From: Candidatus Latescibacterota bacterium
Lineage (GTDB): Bacteria; Latescibacterota; UBA2968; UBA8231
Assembly (NCBI GenBank): GCA_965217585.1
Contig: OZ244561.1
Span: 882,888-946,887, forward strand
Direction of reading: 5' to 3'
DNA: 64,000 bases
Positions 55,101-63,210 of the stretch are shown here, piece by piece. The notes under the pieces were generated by a model. It made no database searches. It had not been told where the DNA came from and saw only the letters and a program-made list of their open reading frames with translations. The position numbers were made by a program, and so were the translations under genes. Position 1 is the stretch's first letter. Every line of letters starts with the position of its first letter.

Positions 55101-55163
55101 ACCGTGCAGTCTGGCTTGGGCGACCCGCGCCAAGTGCAAATCGGCTTGCGCTACGTCTATTGA
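52152..55163 (+). CDS. TonB-dependent receptor (Oar-like, with N-terminal carboxypeptidase-regulatory-like domain)
   Basis: 1003 aa. Signal peptide. GVIRGLVWDQFSNPIGNATVALKE...GFYDVTV is the CarboxypepD_reg-like region. The plug region is NNGRNFLNLTLLTPGV...LSIGGQRGIHNNISVDGADFNNPFFG. The C-terminal QVQIGLRYVY is a terminal aromatic beta-strand. Confidence 0.85.
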   Translation: MPTHRLRFLPFLSILLWVVLLDGAWAQSQATTGVIRGLVWDQFSNPIGNATVALKETRTNYERTLTSSDLGLFTATLLPLGFYDVTVQATEQAEVRQTGVQVRVGETVELIVKMLPQMEEMVVEAALPTVDIAQSEPATRLPEEAVQDLPNNGRNFLNLTLLTPGVAIVQGPDGDELSIGGQRGIHNNISVDGADFNNPFFGEQRGGQRPAFTFNLDAVEEMVVVPQGANAEFGRSSGGFVNVITKSGTNQLHGSLHFFGKNDALSGTARHEGVERVPDFNQGQFGFTLGGPLIQDKAFFFAAYDQQVFRDTKQDDSQRIDARLRAFMDEQFSGALAGDYGPIDRTNDARAFLAKVDARLSDAHYATFKYNYTWSEQENGTFDVDSWTRSANAVERDWSHAFNGSLLSLLSSTTTNEFRFQISREDRPRPYLGPDNPNTGRPFPDTGMDFVHGYRFGMPFFIPVEYYDTRIQALDNISVAKGDHLIKAGVEWNRVESVQTFIGFANGRYIFSSIDGFLNFVGQGNGYVECADGSTSTTGACPDGTDITGPVLLYLQQSGVGGLTVEEAGTQGIPQHELALFVQDSWQPSNKLTLNYGLRWEAQIQPDVITDPDEVFFADFIGKTVANETGTYEFPSNGTIPSDWDMFQPRLGIAYDVHGDNKTLLRGSAGMYYARIPGLNVASTRSTNGSRGQSIFRSSALTPVLGPPPTYGELLPAPASDPFRPNIFVFDQNFANPRTISANVGIERELHVSGLVGSCGYTYARTDNLTRFVNHNDAIFGSPWATGLGADGSNGIGDLTVVESTAKSRYHGLSFGLRQMVQNDLQFQLNYTLSWDKSDDDNERDPFTFRYVDATQLEHEWGYSDRDQRHRFNAWALAALPGGVLLNQRLSYYSAQPVSASCPGQPSTNPWGAASDRICGDGRIMARNTLRKDNEFFSYDVRLSRPILVGSGQLEAIVEVFNLLNTDNFRDPSSAGLLFNFDGTVQSGLGDPRQVQIGLRYVY

Positions 55164-55270
55164 GCAGCGCTGCCACAGGACTGGGAACGTTGCTATTTGT
55201 GAGTGGTCGGTATATCATCGACAGAAGAGTCCGGGGACCGCTCAACTCCAACACTTTCCGCGAGATTTTT

Positions 55271-56248
55271 ATGAAGCGCACTACTCGACCGAATTCGCTC
55301 CGCCCACTAAGGCGCTGGATCCCGCTGGTAGCTATTCTACTGGCAGCTATCCCCACCCAACTACACGCCGGCGCTTGGACGCAGTCCCCGGGCGGATTGT
55401 ACTTCAAAATCGCCGGACTTTCCTTCCGCTCCCAAGAATATCTCGACATCGCTGGCGACCAGCAGGCCCGAGTGGCAAAACCCAGCATGGAGGAACTAAG
55501 CGATAGAAACATATCGGCCTATATAGAATATGGTTTGCTGGAGCGCCTGACCTTGGTGGCCACCCTGCCCTATAAGCGCTTGGTGTACAAGAATACGGAG
55601 GTGAAGGTATTCCAAAGCGACGTTCTCGATACCACCATAACCCGCATACACCCCGACGAAATCCGCTCGGGTCTGGCCGATTTGGAACTGCGCCTGCGCT
55701 GGCGCTTGCTGCGCAATCCGGCGGTGGTCTCCCTAGCGCTGGGGGGCAAATTCCCCTTGGGCTACGACATAGATCAAGACAGCATTGGCTCCCTAGACTC
55801 GGGCGGGCTTGGCTTGGGGCCGAGTCCAGTGGATGGCGCAGGAGCCGACAGCAAGGTTCCCTTGGGCACGGGCGAGAAGGACATCGACATGCGCCTGCTG
55901 GTGGGCAAATCGCTGTACCCATTCCCAGGCTACCTGACGAGTACGGTCGGCTATCGCAAGCGGGGCGGGGCCTTCAGCGACGAATTCTTCTACGGCTTAG
56001 AGGCCGGTGTCACCTATAAACGTCTGCTAGTCAAGGGCGTAGTCGAAGGGATGCGCACCATGGGTAACTGTGGCGCCATGGGACAAGGCGGTCTCGTCGG
56101 CGACCAAGATATCCTCAAGGTAGCCCCGGGGTTGATCTGGTCGCTCAGTAAGCACCTCGAAATCGGTGCCGATCTATTCCACATCGCGGCTGGCTGCAAT
56201 ACGGCAGCGGGCACGACCTACGCCGTGGGGCTGGCTTTCAAGCGCTAG
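55271..56248 (+). CDS. Outer-membrane beta-barrel protein, uncharacterised
   Basis: MKRTTRPNSLRPLRRWIPLVAILLAAIPTQLHA is a signal peptide. The sequence has an alternating beta-strand pattern and ends in ...YAVGLAFKR. The start is set at ATG 55271. Confidence 0.6.
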   Translation: MKRTTRPNSLRPLRRWIPLVAILLAAIPTQLHAGAWTQSPGGLYFKIAGLSFRSQEYLDIAGDQQARVAKPSMEELSDRNISAYIEYGLLERLTLVATLPYKRLVYKNTEVKVFQSDVLDTTITRIHPDEIRSGLADLELRLRWRLLRNPAVVSLALGGKFPLGYDIDQDSIGSLDSGGLGLGPSPVDGAGADSKVPLGTGEKDIDMRLLVGKSLYPFPGYLTSTVGYRKRGGAFSDEFFYGLEAGVTYKRLLVKGVVEGMRTMGNCGAMGQGGLVGDQDILKVAPGLIWSLSKHLEIGADLFHIAAGCNTAAGTTYAVGLAFKR

Positions 56249-56314
56249 TAACAATCGCGGCTGCAGAGCAAATCCGTTATATTTTGCCTGTACAACCATT
56301 GCAAGGAGGCTAGG

Positions 56315-57307
56315 ATGTCGCGCAAAAAATGGGAGCTCCCCCAGCGTCAGGCCACCGACGAAGACGCCTATCTCAACCGCCGCAAGTTCATCCGGAGGGC
56401 CGGCTTGGGCACCATTGGCCTGCTTGCGGGATGCATCCCAGAAAAACTCCTCAATCCAGCAACGCTCGTCGATCCAACAAAATACCTCGGTCCTACGATC
56501 ATCGAGCCAATCCCGCCTTCAGAGTGGTATCCGGCTCCCACAAACGATGCTTGGTCCACGCTCGACCGGCCGCTCACCGACGAGGCGATAGCGGCTCTGT
56601 ACAACAACTTCTATGAATTCTCCACCGGCAAGGAGGTGTGGCGCTTCATAGACAATTTTGAGCCTGCCCCCTGGACTGTGGAAATAGGCGGCCTAGTGCA
56701 GCAGCCCAAGACCTACGATATCGACAACCTAATCGGCATCATGGATCTGGAAGAGCGTCTCTACCGCCACCGCTGCGTCGAGGCTTGGTCCATGGCCATA
56801 CCGTGGACGGGCTTTCCCATGCGGGATCTCATCGACTTGGTTCAACCGCTATCATCGGCCCGCTACGTGCGCATGATCTCCTTCTTCAATCCCGAGGTAG
56901 CCCCAGGCCAATGGGATCGATCCGATTGGCCCTGGCCCTATACCGAGGGCCTGACCATGGCCGAAGCGACCAATGAGCTGACTTTGCTGGCAACGGGCGT
57001 CTATGGCCACGAACTGCCCAAGCAACACGGTGCCCCCCTGCGCTTGGTGACGCCCTGGAAATACGGCTATAAGGGCCTCAAGTCGATCACCAAAATCGAA
57101 TTCACCAGCGAACAGCCAGCGACGTTTTGGAACACCCTAGTGCCACACGAGTACGGCTTTTTCTCCAACGTCGAACCCCAAGTCCCCCATCCCCGCTGGT
57201 CGCAAGCCTCCGAGCGCTTCATTTCCACCGATCTGAACGCGACCGAACGACGCGAGACCCTCCCCTACAACGGCTATGCAGAGTACGTCGCCCATTTGTA
57301 CGAGTGA
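56315..57307 (+). CDS. msrP: Protein-methionine-sulfoxide reductase catalytic subunit MsrP (YedY-type molybdoenzyme) with Tat signal
   Basis: Tat motif NRRKFIRRAGLG. NNFYEF, EERLYRHRCVEAWSMAIPWTGFP, GAPLRLVTPWKYGYKGLKSI and HPRWSQASERF closely follow the E. coli MsrP sequence as I recall it. Confidence 0.93.
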   Translation: MSRKKWELPQRQATDEDAYLNRRKFIRRAGLGTIGLLAGCIPEKLLNPATLVDPTKYLGPTIIEPIPPSEWYPAPTNDAWSTLDRPLTDEAIAALYNNFYEFSTGKEVWRFIDNFEPAPWTVEIGGLVQQPKTYDIDNLIGIMDLEERLYRHRCVEAWSMAIPWTGFPMRDLIDLVQPLSSARYVRMISFFNPEVAPGQWDRSDWPWPYTEGLTMAEATNELTLLATGVYGHELPKQHGAPLRLVTPWKYGYKGLKSITKIEFTSEQPATFWNTLVPHEYGFFSNVEPQVPHPRWSQASERFISTDLNATERRETLPYNGYAEYVAHLYE

Positions 57308-57326
57308 CCCTGCAAAGGAGACCCGT

Positions 57327-57971
57327 ATGCGCCAGCTCCTGTCGTCTGTCCTCTATCTTTGCCTGCTCGTCACGCCGCTTGCCGCCCAGCAAGAGGCCCT
57401 GTACGGCACCTGGGAGGGCACGATCGTCGATGAGCAAATCGGCGAGATTACCATTCGCCTGACCTTCGAGGCGGATGGAGCCTTTGAGATCAACCAAGTC
57501 ATTCAGGTGAAGGACGACTTCCTCGCCGCTGTCCAAGTCCCAGAACCACCCACCATGGAGACGATTGTCGCCCACGGCACCGGCACCTATGGAATCTTGG
57601 GCGACAATCTCGTGATTGATATAGCCGCATTAGACCTGTCCGTCGATGGTGAGGGCTTCGTCGAATTTTTCACCCAAGTGGCCCGCGACTTCGCCCGTTA
57701 TGTAGCAGACTCACACGAAATTCCCGCCGAGAACTACCCGGCCTTTGAAGAGGAATTTATCGACGCGTTTTTCGCTGAACTCGATAAGGTCGAGTTCCTC
57801 GCTATACTCAATGAGTGGGGGACTAGCACGTATGCCGTTGAGGGGGACACCCTGTTCCTCACTATCGCGCAGGAGACCGGGGTCACAATCTGGGAATTCC
57901 ACCCTATTGATGCCTCCAGCACGGTCGCCGAAACTACCTGGGGCAGCTTGAAAGCAGCTTGGCGGCCGTAA
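57327..57971 (+). CDS. Secreted hypothetical protein (214 aa)
   Basis: MRQLLSSVLYLCLLVTPLAAQQ is a signal peptide. No recognisable motifs. It occupies the position where msrQ usually sits. Confidence 0.55.
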   Translation: MRQLLSSVLYLCLLVTPLAAQQEALYGTWEGTIVDEQIGEITIRLTFEADGAFEINQVIQVKDDFLAAVQVPEPPTMETIVAHGTGTYGILGDNLVIDIAALDLSVDGEGFVEFFTQVARDFARYVADSHEIPAENYPAFEEEFIDAFFAELDKVEFLAILNEWGTSTYAVEGDTLFLTIAQETGVTIWEFHPIDASSTVAETTWGSLKAAWRP

Positions 57972-57984
57972 ATTTTCTTGCATG

Positions 57985-58037
57985 TTCAATTTCGACAGCA
58001 CCGTGTATGCGCCAAGTGCAGGTCGGCTTGCGCTACG
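57985..58037 (+). pseudogene. Relic of the 3' end of a TonB-dependent receptor paralogue
   Basis: ttcaatttcgacagcaccgtg...gcgccaagtgcaggtcggcttgcgctacg aligns with 55087-55156 (ttcaacttcgacggcaccgtg...gcgccaagtgcaaatcggcttgcgctacg). A ~20-nt internal segment is replaced by 3 nt, which destroys the frame. Confidence 0.7.
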
Positions 58038-58214
58038 CGATACCTTGTCTGTCTCTCTAACGTGCATTACCCATGTATGGAACCGCTCAGCATCGCGTAC
58101 GACGGCGAGGCCGAGCCAATAGCGATACAGTGGACGCCAGGTGAGGCACTGAAATAAGAAATAGATAGTTCGGCACGCTGCGGGTCCCACTCGGAACTCG
58201 GGCTTTGACTTTCT

Positions 58215-58240
58215 CGGCGGGGCTTCCCCGCCGTTTTTAT
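58215..58240 (+). terminator. Rho-independent terminator-like hairpin
   Basis: cggcgggg-cttc-cccgccg followed by tttttat. The T-run is present on the plus strand only. Confidence 0.6.
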
Positions 58241-58308
58241 ATTTACTGCCCCAGTATTCTCCGGCTATCGCCGGAGGACACCAGCCCTCGCAGAAGAAGT
58301 AGGTACCG

Positions 58309-59544
58309 ATGGAACGGCTAATCAGCCTATGCGGACTTTTGGTGATGATCGCCTTGGTCTTCGCCATGAGCGCCGACCGCCGCAAAGTAGATCGCCGCTT
58401 GGTAGCAGCCGGCGTGGGGTTGCAATTTCTCTTGGCCCTGCTCGTCCTTAAGACCGGGCCTGGACAGGCGCTTTTCGGTTATATCGGCGCTTTTTTTACC
58501 GCCTTGCTCAACTATGTCGATGCCGGCTCCAGCTTTGTCTTTGGCGAGGCGTTCGGCGAGCATTTCTTCGCTTTTAAGGTCCTGCCGACCATTATCTTTT
58601 TTTCCGCCCTAATGGGCGTGCTCTATCACCTAGGAGTGGTGCAGTACGTGGTGGCGGCCTTTGCCTGGGTCATGCAGCGCACCCTGCGCACCTCGGGCGC
58701 GGAAAGCCTAGCGGCGGCAGCCAATATCTTCGTCGGCCAGACCGAGGCCCCGCTGGTGGTGCGCCCGTACGTGGCCAGCATGACCCGCTCGGAGCTGATG
58801 GCCTTGATGGTGGGCGGCTTTGCCACCATTGCCGGAGGCGTCTTGGCCGCCTTCGTAGGCCTGGGAATCGACGCTGGTCACTTGGTGGGTGCCTCGGTGA
58901 TTTCGGCCCCGGCGGCGCTGTTGGTGGCCAAGATCATGCAGCCAGAAGTGGAAACGTCCAAGACTTTGGGCAAGGTATCAATCGAGGTAGACCGCACAGC
59001 CACCAATGTGGTGGAGGCCGCGGCCAACAGCACCTTGGACGGCTTGCGGCTGGCCCTGAACGTGGCCGCCATGCTCATTGCAGCACTGGGGTTAATCGCC
59101 CTAGTGGATGGGGTGCTGGGCCTGTTGGGCCAAGGCGTGGGCTACGTCCTCGGTATGGAGGGTCTGGAGTGGTCTTTGTCCGCGGCGCTGGGTTATTTAT
59201 TTGCGCCTTTTGCTTGGTTGATGGGCATTGAGGCCAAGGATTGTTTGCTAGCCGGCGAGTTGTTGGGCAAGAAAATGGTAGCCAACGAATTCGTCTCGTA
59301 CGTCCAATTGAGCCAGTGGATCCAGCCCGACTCGGGCGTGGAACTGAGCCAGCGCTCGGTGGTTATTTTGACCTATGCCCTGTGTGGTTTTGCCAACTTC
59401 AGCAGCATTGGCATCCAGATCGGCGGCATCGGCGGCATTGCCCCAGAGCGGCGGCGCGATTTAGCGCGGTTGGGTTTTCGCGCCATGCTGGGCGGCTCCC
59501 TAGCCTGCTTTATGACGGCCTGCGTGGCCGGGATTCTCCTGTAA
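58309..59544 (+). CDS. NupC/CNT-family concentrative nucleoside transporter
   Basis: 411 aa. LVFAMSADRRKVDRRLVAAGVGLQFLLALLVLKT...SFVFG...NIFVGQTEAPLVVRPY...GFATIAGGVLAAFV are the CNT family blocks. Confidence 0.9.
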   Translation: MERLISLCGLLVMIALVFAMSADRRKVDRRLVAAGVGLQFLLALLVLKTGPGQALFGYIGAFFTALLNYVDAGSSFVFGEAFGEHFFAFKVLPTIIFFSALMGVLYHLGVVQYVVAAFAWVMQRTLRTSGAESLAAAANIFVGQTEAPLVVRPYVASMTRSELMALMVGGFATIAGGVLAAFVGLGIDAGHLVGASVISAPAALLVAKIMQPEVETSKTLGKVSIEVDRTATNVVEAAANSTLDGLRLALNVAAMLIAALGLIALVDGVLGLLGQGVGYVLGMEGLEWSLSAALGYLFAPFAWLMGIEAKDCLLAGELLGKKMVANEFVSYVQLSQWIQPDSGVELSQRSVVILTYALCGFANFSSIGIQIGGIGGIAPERRRDLARLGFRAMLGGSLACFMTACVAGILL

Positions 59545-59689
59545 GAGGCCCGCAGCTCTCGCGCAACGACCCCCAAAGAGTCGCCAACTCGACGATCACG
59601 CACCCAAGCGACTAAGCGATTGACACTGTTCAATTGCCCCTCGTGCTTTGATTCTGTAGCGCGAAGCCGCACAGTATTCGAGGGGGGAT

Positions 59690-61255
59690 ATGAACTCTGT
59701 AGCAAATGTTTTACTAGCTCTGTGCCTGTTGTACCCTACCCTGACCTTGGGCGACGAACGCCCTGACCTGCAGCAGATAAAGGATGTAGTACAGCGCTTC
59801 TACGAGGCATGGAACCAGCAGGACTTCGTCGCCGCCGAAGATCTGATCGGCGAGAGCGTCGTCGAGCTCGATATGCGCAGCCGCCAGGAGCCGCAGACCT
59901 GGATTTTGCGCAAGGTGCAGTCCCGCGAGGAGTTCCTCGACGGGATCGTCGGCGAGTGGACCGGCGGCGACGGTTGGGACTACGACCAAGAAATCCACCA
60001 GTACATCAAGCAGGCGGAGTTTTTCGACGTCTTCCTTTGGGGCAACCGGGCGATGGCCATCACTCAGGAGCATTTGGTAGGCGTGTCTGGTCCCGTAGGC
60101 GATGAGCAATACAGCGCGTGGTTGCTCGACCGGGGGGACGGCGACTGGGAGATCGCCGGCGTCCTCCACCAAGTACCTGCCGAGGAATACAAGACGGTCT
60201 CTGTCGAGCCGCGCGGCGAGCGGCTGCGCGTCCGCATCTTCGTCGATGGCGGCGACGAAGTATTCGCAGACGACGAGGGACTGTGGGTCGAGCACCGTTA
60301 CGGTGCCCTGCCCGGGCGGCACGAGGACGGCGACGGCTTTTCGCCCGTCGAGGTCAATGGCGTGCGCTGGCAACCCGTCTGGCAGGGCGACAAAACCCGC
60401 AAGGTGTATTTTGCCGACAAGGTCGCATGGCCTTCCGCCGCGCAGTACCACCTAGTCAAACACGAGGCGCGCGACGTCGCGCAGTTGGAAAGGGAGCCCC
60501 AAGCACCCGGCGACACCCTCAGCATCGTCTTCGCCGACCAAGATAGCGGTGCCGACTGGTACGATGTGGAAGTGCGCTGGGGAGACGAGACAGCCGGTCC
60601 CGGTGCAGGACTGCCCGAGCCAAGTCCGCCCGGCCGCGAGGACCTGCTCATCGAAGTCCTCTTCAACGGCGAGATCCGCGACACCAGCCCGCATCAGCGC
60701 TCGCTCAAAAACGTCAAAGTAGCATTCACCGAAGACCGCACCGGCGACAAAAATAGCGCCGGTTATTTCGACGGCGAGGCCGTCGTCGATATCGAAGGCT
60801 TTTTGCTAGATGGCCCCTTCAGCGTCTCAATCTGGGCCAAGTACGACGAGATCGAAACGCGCCCATACTGGTGGAACAATTGCATCTGGGCGCAGGACAA
60901 CGGCGGTGGCGTGCGCGTCTTCCAGCTCAGCACCCTAGGACGGCGCGTCACCTGGCACCGGATGCGGGACGACGACGACGACCTCCATTCCAAGCTCCTT
61001 TTACGCAAGGGGCGCTGGTATCATTTCGCGGCCGTCTTCGACGGCGATTATCACCGGCTCTTCGTCAATGGCGCGTTGCAGGAGCAGAAGCAAAGCGCGG
61101 TCGAAACCTCGCCCGACCAGCCCATTTACATCGGTGCGAAAAACCTCGACCAGACGGGCTTCTTCTTCACCGGGGCCTTAGACGACGCGCGGCTCTACGG
61201 GCGCGTGCTGACAACCGCGGAAATCCGCACCCTCTATCAGGGCTTGGCCGAATGA
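59690..61255 (+). CDS. Secreted SnoaL/NTF2-like + LamG (concanavalin-A-like lectin) domain protein
   Basis: Signal peptide. VVQRFYEAWNQQDFVAAEDLI is SnoaL-like. The C-terminus FSVSIWAKYDE...GRWYHFAAVFDGDYHRLFVNGAL...FTGALDDARLYGRVLTTAEIRTLY is the LamG/laminin-G_3 pattern. Confidence 0.75.
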   Translation: MNSVANVLLALCLLYPTLTLGDERPDLQQIKDVVQRFYEAWNQQDFVAAEDLIGESVVELDMRSRQEPQTWILRKVQSREEFLDGIVGEWTGGDGWDYDQEIHQYIKQAEFFDVFLWGNRAMAITQEHLVGVSGPVGDEQYSAWLLDRGDGDWEIAGVLHQVPAEEYKTVSVEPRGERLRVRIFVDGGDEVFADDEGLWVEHRYGALPGRHEDGDGFSPVEVNGVRWQPVWQGDKTRKVYFADKVAWPSAAQYHLVKHEARDVAQLEREPQAPGDTLSIVFADQDSGADWYDVEVRWGDETAGPGAGLPEPSPPGREDLLIEVLFNGEIRDTSPHQRSLKNVKVAFTEDRTGDKNSAGYFDGEAVVDIEGFLLDGPFSVSIWAKYDEIETRPYWWNNCIWAQDNGGGVRVFQLSTLGRRVTWHRMRDDDDDLHSKLLLRKGRWYHFAAVFDGDYHRLFVNGALQEQKQSAVETSPDQPIYIGAKNLDQTGFFFTGALDDARLYGRVLTTAEIRTLYQGLAE

Positions 61256-63192
61256 CCTCTACAGTGAGAAAGACCCGATCCATGCCCAAGATCCGCTTGT
61301 TCGCCGGCGTGTTACTCCTCCTTGTCGCCAGCGCGGCCCAGAGCGAGGAATGGCCCTATTACGCCGCCGACGCCAAAAGCAGCAAATACACACCCCTATC
61401 GCAGATTGACGGCACCAACTTCGCCCAATTGCAGGAGGTTTGGCGCTACACGCCCCCCGACAAGGAAATAGCCGAGCGCGAGGATATGTGGACCGATACG
61501 AACAAGGGCACCCCCCTAATGGTCGATGGCGTGCTCTACTACGGGTCGCCTTTCAACATCCTCTGCGCGGTCGATCCCACAAATGGCCAAGAGCTGTGGA
61601 CCTTTGATCCGAAAGTCTGGGAGAACTACGATGGTTTTGCGGGCATTTTGCGGGGCATCGCCTACTGGCAAAGCGGCGACAAGAAACGCATCTTCTACGG
61701 CACCTCCTCTGATCGCCTCTACTCAATCGACATCGAGACCGGCCAGCCCGACCCAGAGTTCGGCGCGGGCGGCTTCGTCGATCTAAGCAAGGGGCTACGC
61801 CGCCGCATCGACCGCAGCCGCTACTGTATCACCTCACCACCGATCGTCTGCCGCGACGTGGTGGTGGTAGGTTCCGCCATCCTCGACTGGCACGACCGGC
61901 CTCCCGCCAAGTACTCCACCCCCGGCGACGTGCGCGGCTTTGACGCCCACACCGGCGAACAGGTGTGGGTCTTCCAGACGGTGCCGCAGGAGGGCGAGTA
62001 CGGCAACGACACCTGGGAAAACGACGCTTGGCAGACCTATGGCCAAGCCAATGTCTGGGCTGCAATGAGTGCCGACGACGAGCTGGGCTATGTGTATCTC
62101 CCCGTCAGCAGCACCACCCACAATCACTACGGCGGCGAGCGGCCCGGTGCCAATCTCTTCAGCCAGACGCTGGTCTGCCTCAAGGCGGCAACCGGCGAGC
62201 GCGTCTGGCATTACCAGCTCATCCACCACGGCCTGTGGAACTACGATCCGCCAGCACCGCCGGTCTTGGCCGATATCCAGGTAGAAGGCAAAGCGATCAA
62301 AGCTCTAGCCCTAGTGAGCAAACAGGCCTTCTGCTATGTATTAGACCGCACGACAGGTGAACCAGTCTGGCCGATCAACGAGCGCGAGGTGCCCAAGTCG
62401 AAAACCCCGGGCGAGCAAAGCTGGCCGACCCAGCCCTTTCCCAGCAAGCCCGCGCCCTACGACCGCCAGGGGCTGCAGGAAGACGACCTGATCGACTTTA
62501 CGCCCGAGTTGCGAGAAAAGGCGCTGGCGATCCTCGAAAAATACGAGCACGGCCCGCTATTCACCCCACCCAACGAAAAGGGCACGCTGGTATTACCCGG
62601 GGGCTTGGGCGGTTCGGATTGGGGCGGCGCGGCGCTGGTGCCAAAAGAAAACGTGCTCTACGTGCCTTCGCGCACCGACCCCGACATTGTGCGGCTGGAA
62701 AAGGTGGAGGGTCTGCGGGCCTTTTCGGATTACGCCTTCTTCAAGGACGACACAGAATACGTCGATGGCCTACCGCTGACCAAGCCTCCCTACGGCCGGA
62801 TCACCGCCATCGACTTGGACACCGGCGAGCACATCTGGATGAGTCCGGTGGGCAAAGGCCCGGTCAACCACAAAGCCCTGCGCGACCTCGACCTGCCCGC
62901 TATGGGCTGGTTCCACTACAACTACATACTCGCCACCGAGACCGTGCTGGTAGTGGTCTCGCAACCGCCCGATTGGTGGGGAGACCTCAGCGACAATGCT
63001 TTTGTCGAACAAGGGCCTTATCTGCGCGCTTTCGACCTAGATACGGGCGCAGTGCTGGCCGAGATAGAATTCCCCGGCAACCCCAACGGCAGCCCCATCA
63101 GCTATATGGCCGACGGGCGTCAGTATATCGTCTTTCCAATTAATAACGACGACTGGGTGCCGCAGCTTGTAGCGCTGGCGTTGCCGGAGTGA
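61252..63192 (+). CDS. PQQ-dependent dehydrogenase (glucose/quinate/shikimate-type beta-propeller), secreted
   Basis: EEWPYYAADAKSSKYTPLSQIDGTNFAQLQEVWRY is the canonical quinoprotein N-terminal block. GTPLMVDGVLYYGSP, ANVWAAMSADDELGYVYLP and HHGLWNYD also match. Its ATG (61252-61254) overlaps the upstream TGA as ATGA. The ORF-track extension to 60871 is rejected. Confidence 0.85.
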   Translation: MTSTVRKTRSMPKIRLFAGVLLLLVASAAQSEEWPYYAADAKSSKYTPLSQIDGTNFAQLQEVWRYTPPDKEIAEREDMWTDTNKGTPLMVDGVLYYGSPFNILCAVDPTNGQELWTFDPKVWENYDGFAGILRGIAYWQSGDKKRIFYGTSSDRLYSIDIETGQPDPEFGAGGFVDLSKGLRRRIDRSRYCITSPPIVCRDVVVVGSAILDWHDRPPAKYSTPGDVRGFDAHTGEQVWVFQTVPQEGEYGNDTWENDAWQTYGQANVWAAMSADDELGYVYLPVSSTTHNHYGGERPGANLFSQTLVCLKAATGERVWHYQLIHHGLWNYDPPAPPVLADIQVEGKAIKALALVSKQAFCYVLDRTTGEPVWPINEREVPKSKTPGEQSWPTQPFPSKPAPYDRQGLQEDDLIDFTPELREKALAILEKYEHGPLFTPPNEKGTLVLPGGLGGSDWGGAALVPKENVLYVPSRTDPDIVRLEKVEGLRAFSDYAFFKDDTEYVDGLPLTKPPYGRITAIDLDTGEHIWMSPVGKGPVNHKALRDLDLPAMGWFHYNYILATETVLVVVSQPPDWWGDLSDNAFVEQGPYLRAFDLDTGAVLAEIEFPGNPNGSPISYMADGRQYIVFPINNDDWVPQLVALALPE

Positions 63193-63210
63193 GGCAGGCG
63201 GCAGACTCAT

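Noticed and set aside
60871-61251. 5' extension of the PQQ-dehydrogenase ORF (127 extra codons, Arg-rich)
   Set aside because: It overlaps the 3' end of the LamG gene out of frame. The ATGA junction at 61252 followed by a signal peptide (KIRLFAGVLLLLVASAAQS) is the sensible start.
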